DNA of 64,000 nt from Haliotis cracherodii (Eukaryota), in NCBI RefSeq assembly GCF_022045235.1, contig NW_027266265.1:44702001-44766000 (forward strand), given 5' to 3'. The notes under the pieces were generated by a model. The model was not told the DNA's origin and searched no databases. It saw nothing but the letters and a program-made list of their open reading frames with translations. Shown here one piece after another: positions 36,723 to 49,765 of the stretch. How positions within the stretch are numbered: position 1 is the first letter of the stretch; every line of letters starts with the position of its first letter. A program made the position numbers and the translations under genes.

Positions 36723-39700
36723 ATTAATAGTTATTGTAAAAAGAATAAATTACTTGAAATCCTAAAAAGATTCAGGGTAAAATCAGTAAACACAAAACAA
36801 ATGCATGTTTTTGTCATTACGGAAGCTGAAGAATTAAAGTTTTCAATTTCAGTTACCCACCTCGTTACTAATATATCCGAGAAACGTTAATATACACCCA
36901 TACGTTTTTTGAACATTTATTTTCCAACTGAGCTATTTAGAATTTGATTAAAAACCACCCATTGCGATTACAGAACACGGATGTGTTGTCTGTTTGTAAA
37001 CTAAAAGACGTCATTTTAACCTATGACAAAAGATTTATTGGCAATCGTTTCTGTTCCAGACCTGCACGCACCAATAACATCAAATGTCAAACACCAGATT
37101 TGCTGACATACATAATACATTCGTTCGTCCTTGGCAACGCCATTGCTCTTTCATTTCATTTGATGATTGTATATTTTTCCCGTTGGTTAGATCGTAATGT
37201 TATTAAACATAATCGCCATGTATCACCATCCTCCATCAATTATCGAGGGTTTGACATCTCTACTCTATTATGAAAGATCGAGTATGATGCATGATCCCCA
37301 ACCTTCATCCATTTCTGAAAAATCACCACCCACCAGCTCATTGAGGGAGGGAAGAAGCATTAAGTGATGGTGATAAACCACAGGTAATAAATTGGGGCAT
37401 GTTATAACCAGTTGACGGTTTTACTTAATTTAAAAGTCCTTTCAGTCTGAATATAGACTATGCTATTGACATTCCTCTGTTTTCCACCCAACATATCCCA
37501 TTACAAGACTCGGAAAGGTGAATGGAAGGCAGTTTTGTAGATGATGGTCATGCAAGTCATCGTCATGTTGTCTTGGAGAATTTCCAGCCTTCGCCCCTGG
37601 GCGAGGTTACCCACCTACAGGTGTGATATGACGTTTGTTTGTTTATTGTTTAACGCCTTACTCAACAATATTCCAGCTATATGATGATGGTCTGTAAATA
37701 ATCCTGGGAGTGGCGAGTAATCACACCTTCGTTGTGTGATGTTTTGTTTGTTAATATAGCTTCATCATCGTGAATACTTGAGAGTAGAGGAGAATCTACT
37801 GAACAAAATCAATGGATTTGATTTATCCTTGACATAAAACGTCGTTATGTAATTGTTTTCAGAGGGTAAAATGAGAGTTATGTGCCTTTACCCTCTTTGC
37901 CTTTCTTCAAGTTAATTGAAGAAAACTGAATTGTAACAAGAGTGATATATTCCTTTCAGTCCAATAGCAATTATCCATATTCGTTGAATAAGTCCTCAGT
38001 CTCAAATGGGGTTGCCTAAAATAGGTTGTCTGAACTGAATTGTTGAAAGTGGGTTGTCTAAAGTCAGCTGTCTAAATGGGTTGTCCGACTCTGTGGTGAA
38101 TGAGTGGTCTAAAATGACTCGTTAAATGGGTTATCCGACTCTGTGCCTGATTGTACATAATCGTACCAAGATGGTCTTGAACGTGCTCATGCTTTCAGTC
38201 ACTAGTTTTCCTTGTTTATTCTAAGGGAAACATTCTGACTGTAGGGTAAAATAACATATACAGGTGCACCCGAAGAACAAATACCCTATATACCATTTAC
38301 GATAGTCTTACACGTTAGGCATATATGCATCGTGTGCTTGATCTGAAGATCTGAAAGTGATTCTTTGATACTTGAGTCAGCATCATCTTCTTCACTGACC
38401 ACGCCATTATCTGCCCAGAATAATCCAGGTTCATTCTCGTCTGTCGCGATCAGCCCAAACTGATGTTGCATTCAGGACAAATCAGATCACGATGAGTTTA
38501 CCGACCGGTTCTGACAGCAATAGAAAGGCCACTGCCGACTCCCATCCCCACGGGCTGACAAGAGATCCACATTTGTGAGGGTAAATGAAATTCGATGAAG
38601 AATATCGTATCTCCTCTCTCGTTAATCTTCGCCATTCTCAATTCGAGCCGTCGTGATATCCTAATTTGGTGTTAAAGGAGATAATCGAGTAATGATATTT
38701 CTATCCAGCAACTCACAATTGATGTCGTCTGCTCCCACGAACCTAACCTCAGTTTTCGGCCAAATCCTTTGGGACGTGAAGCGATCATTTGAACTGTGAA
38801 TGCTAGTTTCTGAAAGCTCTTGTCTCTCTCAATCTCATCAGTGGAGCTTTAAGACACCGAAACCGGTCGTGAAAAAAGCAGATATAGCTGTATTGACAGA
38901 CATGATGGGTAAAGAGTATGAGGGGGAAGAATGGTTGCCACTCTGGTCGCCTTCCTCAGCCTATTCTACCGAGAGACTTGGCAAGTAGCAGACCTTTGGT
39001 CGGGGGTACACTGCAGATATTGCATAGGTTACAGTAGCGCCACGTTTACAATATCAGAGAACGAGAGCGTACCATATTCCTTAAAAGCTGCTACCCATGT
39101 ACCAAATCCGGAACAAATCGCAGTTGGAAGGTTGGTGTGATAAACGATTTTACCCTGATGTTGACAACTAACATAGAACGGGGTAAAAACCGTTGTGAGT
39201 GAGTGAGTGGGTTTGAAGGCCGCTCTGAACAGTATTCTCGTTATATCACAGCGTGCCACCTTAATGTTGGAGGAAATCCCGGCGGAGGTCTTAGACGTTT
39301 ATCACTATCGTGAACCCCACGAGCACGGGTAGGGTGCTGACAAACCTAGAAACATAATCGGGTTGAACCAGGATTCAAACCCACAAACATAGGTTTCTTG
39401 TGTGCACAGCGAATTGCGGCGCTTAAGATGACTGGGTCACTCTTGCACCGTCAAAACCGCTGGATCTTTTAGAGTTTGATGCCTCTCTGAACGGTAGTTC
39501 AGATATTTAATATGGGGGTAAGTCACGAAGATATTTATCACACGTCAAAGATCACGCTGATAAATCAAGGGTAATAATCAGGATCCTGGTACAGATAAGG
39601 GACATTACTATGAACTGCGATGCTTTATACCACTAGGCCACCTTTGTTCCTTTGTGCATTGGGGTAGCCTAGTAGTTAAAACAATAGCTCGTCATGCCGG

Positions 39701-42191
39701 GTTCGATTCACCACATGGGTATATTGTGTGAAGCCCATTCCGGTGTCCCCCGCCGTGATGTTGCTAGAACACTGCTAAAAGCGGCGTAAAACCATATTCG
39801 CTCACTCGTCTTCTCAACGAATTCGAAAGCAACGAGTGACGTCACTTTTGTCTGACACCAGTGAAGTACACCCGAATACTCCTGACACCAGTGGAGCAAA
39901 CGACTCCTACGGAACAGGAAGTGAATTGATGGAGCACTAAACTTGAAAGTGATGAATGCGACACTCTAACATGACACATATATGAGAGTCAATTTCTGTA
40001 ATAATCATTTGAAAGAATGAATCATGCCACTTTTAAGCACGAGTCCCTGATAAAACACTCATGTCATTGATGCATTCCACTTGTTTAAATCATAAACAGA
40101 AATTTCAATCTTAACAGATGGGCAAATTTCGAGAGGACACGGCGAACTGTTTTCAGTTTTGGATCGAAAACACACAATTTATTCCCATTGCTGCCATGTT
40201 GTAAGGCCCACTTAATACAGTTGAAAGAAAAATGTGCTGGTTTGTACAGCGATCAGAATCTTTTGTTTGTAACGCTTAACGGTGTGATAAGGAAGAGTGG
40301 AATTTATTTTGATTTGCAATATGTTTTGGACAGTTGTCAAGGCAACACACCGGGAGTGGTTGTGCATCACAGCGGTGCTCACAGTGACATTTCCTTCCCA
40401 GTGAGTAAAGGACAGTTGCCCACACTCCCCCCTGTATTTTTTATGAAAAAAACAGTTTTATTTGAATCATGAAAATACAATTTGGGGACAAGTGATAATT
40501 GTACAAATATTTGCCTCCCTGTCAACAAAAGTTAACTACGACCTTGTGTGAGTAGTAGTCAATACATATTTATACCTTCATTTTGTTTTCATAATCGTAG
40601 TTTATTGGAAATATTTTGGGCAAGTGAAATATGAGTGTATGAGTGAGTGAGTTGTGTTTAACGCCGCTTTTAACAGTATTCCAGTTACATCACGACGTGA
40701 TGGTGCAGCTTAATGGTGGAGGAAAGCCTGATGTGAGGCAGGTATCAGACGTTTACCACTTCGTGAAGCCCACGAGCATGGGTATGGTGCTGACAAGCTA
40801 GACACATAATCAGGGCAAACCGGGATTCGAACCCATAATCATAGGTTTCTGTCGTGCCCAAGGGACGCAACTCTGCACAGCGAGTCGCGGCGCGGCCACC
40901 CGTACCCCCAGTAAAATATGAAGAGGGCTTGAACAGTTTTTTGTTAACAATTCCTGTCCAGTGCACTTCGGACACTTATTCATACACTGCCCCTAAGTAC
41001 TCGAGTTATGAACAGATTTATACAAAGGTGTGTTTTCGAAGCCATTGATACTGGGAGTTTTGTGAAAAAAGACTATTATCTGTGATATTGCTGGAATATT
41101 ACGAAAACGGCGTAAAACACGAATTACTCACATATTCCAGATGTCCGCGTAAGGTCAAAATACCTTTATAGCAAATTGTTTGCATTGATCGAAAATTGTC
41201 CTTGACGCCATACAGAAGGTGGCGAGGTAATTTAACTGCAGCAGATTTGTAGGAATGAGAGCCTGTTGAATAAAGCAACTGACGGTTTAAATATTGAACA
41301 CACATCTGTAGATCAATGAACGGGGACATGCTGCTCGTCTTGATGCCGTGGTTGCTGCAGGAATTGTCTTCAATGAGACATATATATATATACACACACA
41401 CACACACATATATGCGTGCGAGTGATTGAGTGAGTATGGCTTTTCGTCCCTTTTAGTTATATTCCAGCAATATCACGGCGGGAACTCCAGTAATGGGTAT
41501 CACACATGTTACCCATGTTTGGAATCGAACCCGTGTCTTTGGCGTGACGAGCGAACACTTTAACCACGAGGCTACCCCACGGCTCCTATGCGTGCGAGAG
41601 GTCGTATAGGTCAGCCAGAGTACACCCAAACATGTCAATCATATTTGTCTGGAATAGATCTCCAGATTTATTCCTCCATTACACTATATGAGAAGTGATT
41701 GTGGGAACAGACACTTTCAGAACATGAAGTGAGGAATGACCTGCTGTGATAGGAATATATTTTGTAAAACGTTGATGTTTCTCAAATATTCACCACCATA
41801 TTACCAAAAGTATGTTTTTGAAATATTTTGTCCTTATTGTTTTTACATAATAATTTATTGTGATTGTGTCCACATGTGTTTTCACGAAAGTGCCATGCGG
41901 TGCAGACCCGCACTTGGTGTGTTTAACTTACTGCATTCGGAAAAATACGTTTTGACCTCAGTCCGCAATGACACGACACTAAAGTAGCCGTCCAATCAAA
42001 TCACACTCACGGTCGAGGGAAACGATGGATGTTAGTTATAGGAGTGATGGAGGTGGTGACGTCACCCCAAAACGAAACTATGGTGAATGGATCCAGGGTA
42101 TTTATTACAACATAATACAGATATTATACACTAAATCATTGACGATGATATTTTCCCGTTGTCAGTATATGTCCTCTTGTTGTACGTCAGT

Positions 42192-42343
42192 CGGATGTAA
42201 AGCAAGGAACTCACGGGGATCATATACTGGTTGGCGGGATGTAAAGCAAGGGACACACGGTGATCACATACTGGTTGGCGGGATGTAAAGCAAGGGACTG
42301 AGGCTGATCATATACTGGTTGGCGGGATGTATAAAGCAAGGGA
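42192..42343. repeat. 44-bp minisatellite, ~4 copies
   Basis: Same unit. Confidence 0.93.
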
Positions 42344-45300
42344 CAATTAATAGTTATTGTAAAAAGAATACATTTACTTGAAATCCTCAAAAGATACAGG
42401 GTAAAATCAGTAAACACAAAACAAATGCATGTTTTTGTGATTACTGAAGCTGAAGAATTAAAGTTTTCAATTTCAGTTACCCACCTCGTTACTAATATAT
42501 CAGAGAAACATTAATATACACCCATACATTTTTTGAACATTTATGTTCCAACTGAGCTTTTTAGAATTTGATTAAAAAACACCCATTGCGATTACAGAAC
42601 ACGGATGTGTTGTCTGTTTGTAAAATAAAAGACGTCATTTTAACCTATGACAAAAGATTTATTGGCAAACGTTTCTGTTCCAGACCTACACGCACCAGTA
42701 ACATCAAATGTCAAACACCATATTTGCTGACATACATAATACATTCGTTCGTCCTTGGCAACGCTATTGCTCTTTCATCTCATTTGATGATTGTATATTT
42801 TTCCCGTTGGTTAGATCGTAATGTTATTAATCATAATCGCCATGTATTACTATCCTGCGACGATTATCGAGGTTTGGACATCTCCACTCTATTATAAAAG
42901 ATCGAGTATGATGCATAATCCCCAACCTTCATCCATTTCTGAAAAATCACCACCCGTCAGCTCAATGAGGGAGGGAAGAAGCATTAAGTGATGGTGATAA
43001 ACCACAGGTAATAAATTGGGGCATGTTATAACCAGTTGACGGTTATACTTAATTTAAAAGTCCTTTCAGTCTGAATATAGACTATGCTATTGACATTCCT
43101 CTGTTTTCCACCCAACATATCCCATTAGAAGACTCGGAAAGGTGAATGGAAGGCAGTTTTGTAGATGATGGTCATGCAAGTCATCGTCATCGTCATCGTC
43201 ATGAGAATTTCCAGCCTTCGACCCTGGGCGAGGTTACCCACCTACATGTGTGATATGACGTCATTAGATTGGCGAGTGCAGCTGTTCGTCGAGTGAACAC
43301 CTTCGTTTTCACCACTGAGTGATGTGTTTTTGTTGGTATTAATAGCTTCATCATCGTTGGCAGTTGAGAGTACAGGAGAATCTACTGAAGAAAATCAGTG
43401 GATTTGATTATGTCCCTGACATAAAACGTCGATATGTAATTGTTTTCCGAGGGTTATATGAGAGTTATGTGCCTTTACCCTTTTGATTTTTTTCAAGTAT
43501 TTTGAAGAAAACTAAATTGTAACACATTGTGATATATTCCTTACTCAACAATATTCAAGCTATATGATGATGGTCTGTAAATAATCGTGGGAGTGGCGAG
43601 TAATCACACCTTCGTTGTGTGATGTTTTGTTTGTTAATATAGCTTCATCATCGTGAATACTTGAAAGTAGAGGAGAATCTACTGAACAAAATCAATGGAT
43701 TTGATTTATCCTTGACATAAAACGTCGATATGTAATTGTTTTCAGAGGGTAAATTGAGAGTTATGTGCCTTTACCAATTTGCCTTTCTTCAAGTTAATTG
43801 AAGAAAACTGAATTGTAACAAGAGTGATACATTCCTTTCAGTCCAATAGCAATTATCCATATTCGTTGAATATGTCCTCAGTCTCAAATGGGGTTGCCTA
43901 AAATAGGTTGTCTGAACTGAATTGTCAAAAGTAGGTTGTCTAAAGTCAGCTGTCTAAATGGGTTGTCCGACTCTGTGGTGAATGAGTTGTCTAAAATGAC
44001 TCGTTAAATGGGTTATCCGACTCTGTGCCTGATTGTACGTGATCGTACCAAGATGGTCTTGAACGAGCTCATGCTTTCAGCCACTAGTTTTCCTGGTGCA
44101 GACTTGTTTATTCAAAGGGAAACATTCTGACTGAAGGGTAAAATAACATTCAAGTGCACCCGAAGAACAAGTACTCCACATACCATAGTCTTACACGTTA
44201 GGCATATATGCATCGTGTGCTTGATCTGAAGATCTGAAAGTGATTTTTTGACACTTGAGTCAGCGTCATCTTCTTCACTGACCACGCCATTATCTGCCCA
44301 GAATAATCCAGGTTCATTCTCGTCTGTCGCGATCAGCCCAAACGGATGTTGCATTCAGGACAAATCAGATCACGATGAGTTTACCGACCGGTTCTGACAG
44401 CAATAGAAAGGCCACTGCCGACTCCCATCCTCACGGGCTGACAAGAGATCCACATTTGTGAGGGTAGATGAAATTCCATGAAGAATATCGTATCTCCTCT
44501 CTCGTTAATCTTCGCCATTCTCAATTGGGTCCGTCGTGATATCCTAATTTGGTGTTAAAGGAGATAATCGAGTAATGATATTTCTATCCAGCAACTCACA
44601 ATTGATGTCGTCTGCTCCCACGAACCTAACCTCAGTTTTCGGGCCAAATCCTTTGGGAAGTGAAGCGATTATTTGAACTGTGAATGCTAGTTTCTGAAAG
44701 CTCTTGTCCCTGTCAGTCTCATCAGTGGAGCTTCAAGACACATAAACCGACTGTGATTAAAGCAGATATAGCTGTATTGACAGACATGATGGGTAAAGAG
44801 TATGAGGGGGAAGAATGGTTGCCACTCTGGTCGCCTTCCTCAGCCTATTCTACCGAGAGACTTGGCAAGTAGCAGACCTTTGGTCGGGGGTACACTGCAG
44901 ATATTGTATAGGTTACAGTAGCGCCACGTTTACAATATCAGAGAACGAGAGCGTACCATATTCCTTAAAAGCTGCTACCAATGTACCAAATCCGGAACAA
45001 ATCGCAGTTGGAAGGTTGGTGTGATGAACGATTTGGACCCTGATGTTGACAGCTAACATAGTACGGGGTAAAAACCGTTGTGAGTGAGTGAGTGGGTTTG
45101 AAGGCCGCTCTGAACAGTATTCTCGTTATATCACAGCGTGCCACCTTAATGTTGGAGGAAATCCCGGCGGAGGTCTTAGACGTTTACCACTTTCGTGAGC
45201 CCCACGAGCACGGGTAGGGTGCTGACAAACCTAGAAACATAATCGGGTTGAACCAGGATTCAAACCCACAAACATAGGTTTCTTGTGTGCACAGCGAATT

Positions 45301-47650
45301 GCGGCGCTTAAGATGACTGGGTCACTCATGCACCGTCAAAACCGCTGGATCTTTTAGAGTTTGATGCCTCTCTGAGCGGTAGTTCAGATATTTAATATGG
45401 GGGTAAGTCACGAAGATGACACATCAAAGATCACGCTGATAAATCAAGGTTCATAATCAGGATCCTGGTACTGAGTGAGTGAGTGAGTGAATGGGTTTGA
45501 AGGCCGCTCTGAACAGTATTCTAGTTATATCACAGCGTGCCAGCTTAATGTGGGAGGAAATCTCGGCGGAGGTCTTAGACGTTTACCACTTTCGTGAACC
45601 CCACGAGCACGGGTAGGGTGCTGACAAACCTAGAAACATAATCGGGTTGAACCAGGATTCAAACCCACAAACATAAGTTTCTTGTGTGCACAGCAAATTG
45701 CGGCGCTTATATTATGGGGGTAAGTCACGAAGATGTTTATCACACGTCAAAGATGACGCTGATAAATCAAGGTTTATAATCAGGATCCTGGTACAGATAA
45801 GGGACATTACTATGTACATCGAACTGCGGTGCTTGAAACCACTATCCCCCCCCCTCCCCCCCCACCATGTTTATCTAGTCAAAGTCGATAGGTAATTGTG
45901 CAATCAAGGGAAGAACTAGTCAACGTGGCCATCTTTGTTCCTTTGTGCATTGTGGTAGCCTAGTAGTAAAAACAATAGCTCGTCATGTCGGGTTCGATTC
46001 ACCACATGGGTATATTGTGTGAAGCCCATTTCCGGTGTCCACCGCCGTGATGTTGCAAGAACACTGCTAAAAGCGTCGTAAAACCATGTTCACTCACTCA
46101 TCTCCTAAACGAATTCGAAAGCAACGAGTGACGTCACTTTTGTCTGACACCAGTGAAGTATACCCGAATACTCCTGACACCAGTGAAGCAAACGACTCCT
46201 ACGGAACAGGAAGTGAATTGATGGAGCACTAAACTTGAAAGTGATGAATGCGACACTCTAACATGACACATATATGAGAGTCAATTTCCGTAATAATCAT
46301 TTGAAAGAATGAATCATGCCACTTTTAAGCACGAGTCCCTGATAAAACACTCATGTCATTGATGCATTCCACTTGTTTAAATCATAAACAGAAATTTCAA
46401 TCTTAACAGATGGGCAAATTTCGAGAGGACACGGCGAACTGTTTTCAGTTTTGGATCGAAAACACACAATTTATTCCCAGTGCTGTCATGTTGTAAGGCC
46501 CACTTAATACAGTTAAAAGAAAAATGTGCTGGTTTGTACAGCGATCAGAATCTTTTGTTTGTAACGCTTAACAGTGTGATAAGGAAGAATGGAATTTATT
46601 TTGATTTGCAATATGTTTTGGACAGTTGTCAAGGCAACACACCGGGAGTGGTTGTGCATCACAGCGGTGCTCACAGTGACACTTCCTTCCCAGTGAGTAA
46701 AGGACAGTTGCCCACACTCCCCCCTGTATTTTTTATGGAAAAAAACAGTTTTATTTGAATCATGAAAATACAATTTGGGGACAAGTGATAATTGTACAAA
46801 TATTTGCCTCCCTGTCAACAAAAGTTAACTACGACCTTGTGTGAGTAGTAGTCAATACATATTTATACCTTCATTTTGTTTTCATATCGTAGTTTATTGG
46901 AAATATTTTGGGCAAGTGAAATATGAGTGTGTGAGTGAGTGAGTTGTGTTTAACGCCGCTTTTAACAGTATTCCAGTTACATCACGACGTGATGGTGCAG
47001 CTTAATGGTTGAGGAAAGCCTGATGTGATGCAGGTATCAGACGTTTACCACTTCGTGAAACCCACGAGCATGGGTATGGTGCTGACAAGCTAGACACATA
47101 ATCAGGGCGAACCGGGATTCGAACCCATAATCATAGGTTTCTGTCGTGCCCAAGGGACGCAACTCTGCACAGCGAGTCGCGGCGCGGCCACCCGTACCCC
47201 CAGTAAAATATGAAGAGGGCTTGAACAGTTTTTTGTTAACAATTCCTGTCCAGTGCACTTCGGACACTTATTCATACACTGCCCCTAAGTACTCGAGTTA
47301 TGAACAGATTTATACAAAGGTGTGTTTTCGAAGCCATTGATACTGGGAGTTTTGTGAAAAAAGACTATTATCTGTGATATTGCTGGAATATTACGAAAAC
47401 GGCGTAAAACACGACTTACTCACATATTCCAGATGTCCGCGTAAGGTCAAAATGCTTTTATAGCAAATTGTTTGCATTGATCGAAAATTGTCCTTGACGC
47501 CATACAGAAGGTGGCGAGGTAATTTAACTGCAGCAGATTTGTAGGAATGAGAGCCTGTTGAATAAAGCAACTGACGGTTTAAATATTGAACACACATCTG
47601 TAGATCAATGAATGGGGACATGCTGCTCGTCTTGATGCCGTGGTTGCTGC

Positions 47651-47809
47651 NNNNNNNNNNNNNNNNNNNNNNNNNNNNNNNNNNNNNNNNNNNNNNNNNN
47701 NNNNNNNNNNNNNNNNNNNNNNNNNNNNNNNNNNNNNNNNNNNNNNNNNNNNNNNNNNNNNNNNNNNNNNNNNNNNNNNNNNNNNNNNNNNNNNNNNNNN
47801 NNNNNNNNN
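47651..47809. other. Assembly gap at the position of the TA/CA microsatellite
   Basis: Run of N; flanks match those of the microsatellite in other units. Confidence 1.
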
Positions 47810-48585
47810 GTGAGTATGGCTTTTCGTCACTTTTAGTTATATTCCAGCAATATCACGGTGGGAACTCCAGTAATGGGTATCACACATGTTACCCATGTTT
47901 GGAATCGAACCCGTGTCTTTGGCGTGACGAGCGAACACTTTAACCACGAGGCTACCCCACGGCTCCTATGCGTGCGAGAGGTCGTATAGTTCAGCCAGAT
48001 AAGAGTACACCCAAACATGTCAATCATATTTGTCTTGAATAGATCTCCAGATTTATAGCTCAATTACACTATATGAGAAGTGATTGTGGGACCAGCCGCT
48101 TTCAGAACACGAAGTGAGTAATGACCAGCTGTGATTGGAATATATTTTGTAAAACGTGTATGTTTCTCAAATATTCACCACAAAATTACCAAAAGTATGT
48201 TTTTGTAATATTTTGTCCTTATTGTTTTTACATAATAATTTATTGTGCTTGTGTCCACATATATTTTCACGAAAGTGCCATGTGGTGCAGACCCGCACTT
48301 GGTGTGTTTAACTTACTGCATTCGGAAAAATACGTTTTGACCTCAGTCCACAATGTCACGACACTAAAGTAGCCGTCCAATCAAATCACACTCACGGTCG
48401 AGGGAAACGATGGATGTTAGTTATAGGAGTGATGGAGGTGGTGACGTCACCCGAAAAGGAAACTATGGTGAATGGATCCAGGGTATTTATTACAACATAA
48501 TATATAATAATATATAATAATACACTAAATCATTGTCGATGATATTTTCCCGTCGTCAGTATATGTCCTCTTGTTATACGTCAGT

Positions 48586-48826
48586 CGGATATAAAGCAAG
48601 GGACTCACGGTGATCATAAACTGGTTGGCGGGATGTAAAGCAAGGGACTCACGGTGATCATATACTGGTTGGCGGGATGTAAAGCAAGGTACACACGCTG
48701 ATCATATACTGGTTGGCGGGATGTAAAGCAAGGGACTCACGGTGATCATATACTGGTTGGCGGGATGTAAAGCAAGGGACTCACGGTGATCACATACTGG
48801 TTGGCGGGATGTATAAAGCAAGGGAC
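48586..48826. repeat. 44-bp minisatellite, ~6 copies
   Basis: Same unit. Confidence 0.93.
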
Positions 48827-49596
48827 AATTAATAGTTATTGTAAAAAGAATACATTTACTTGAAATCCTCAAAAGATTCAGGGTAAAATCAGTAAACACA
48901 AAACAAATGCATGTTTTTGTCATTACGGAAGCTGAAGAATTAAAGTTTTCAATTTCAGTTACCCACCTCGTTACTAATAATTATATCCGAGAAACGTTAA
49001 TATACACCCATGCGTTTTTTGAACATTTATGTTCCAACTGAGCTATTTAGAATTTGATTAAAAGCACCCATTCCGATTACGGAACACGAATATGTTGTCT
49101 GTTTGTAAAATAAAAGACGTCATTTTAACCTATGACAAAAGATTTATTGGCAAACGTTTCTGTTCCAGACCTACACGCCACAATAACATCAAATGTCAAA
49201 CACCAGATTTGCTGACATACATAATACATTCGTTCGTCCTTGGCAACGCTATTGCTCTTTCATCTCATTTGATGATTGTATATTTTCCCTAGTTGGTTAG
49301 ATCGTAATGTTATTAAACATAATCGCCATGTATCACTATCCTCCATCGATTATTCAGTGTGTGACATCTCCACTCTATTATGAAAGACCGAGTATGATGC
49401 ATGATCCCTAACCTTTATCCATTTAAGAAAAATCACCACCCGTCAGCTCATTGTTTGGGGGAAGAAGCATTAAGTGATGAAAAGGACTTTGAGAAAGCAC
49501 ACAGGCATGATGTTGATAAACCACAGGTAACACATTGGTGCATGTTGACGAGTTGACGGTTATACTTCATTTCAAGTCCCTTCAGTCTGAATATAG

Positions 49597-49765
49597 TGAG
49601 TGAGTGAGTGAGTATGGTTTTACGCCTCTTTTAGCAATATTCCAGCAATATCACGGCGGGGACACCAGAAATCGGCTTCACACATTGTACCCATGTCGGG
49701 AATGGAACCCGTGTTTTCTGCAGGACGAGCGAACGCTTTAACCACAAGGCTACCCGACCGCCCCT
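49597..49765 (-). mobile_element. SINE family A inserted in one array unit only
   Basis: Other units read gaatata(g/a)actatg(t/c)tattgacattcc uninterrupted. Confidence 0.9.
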
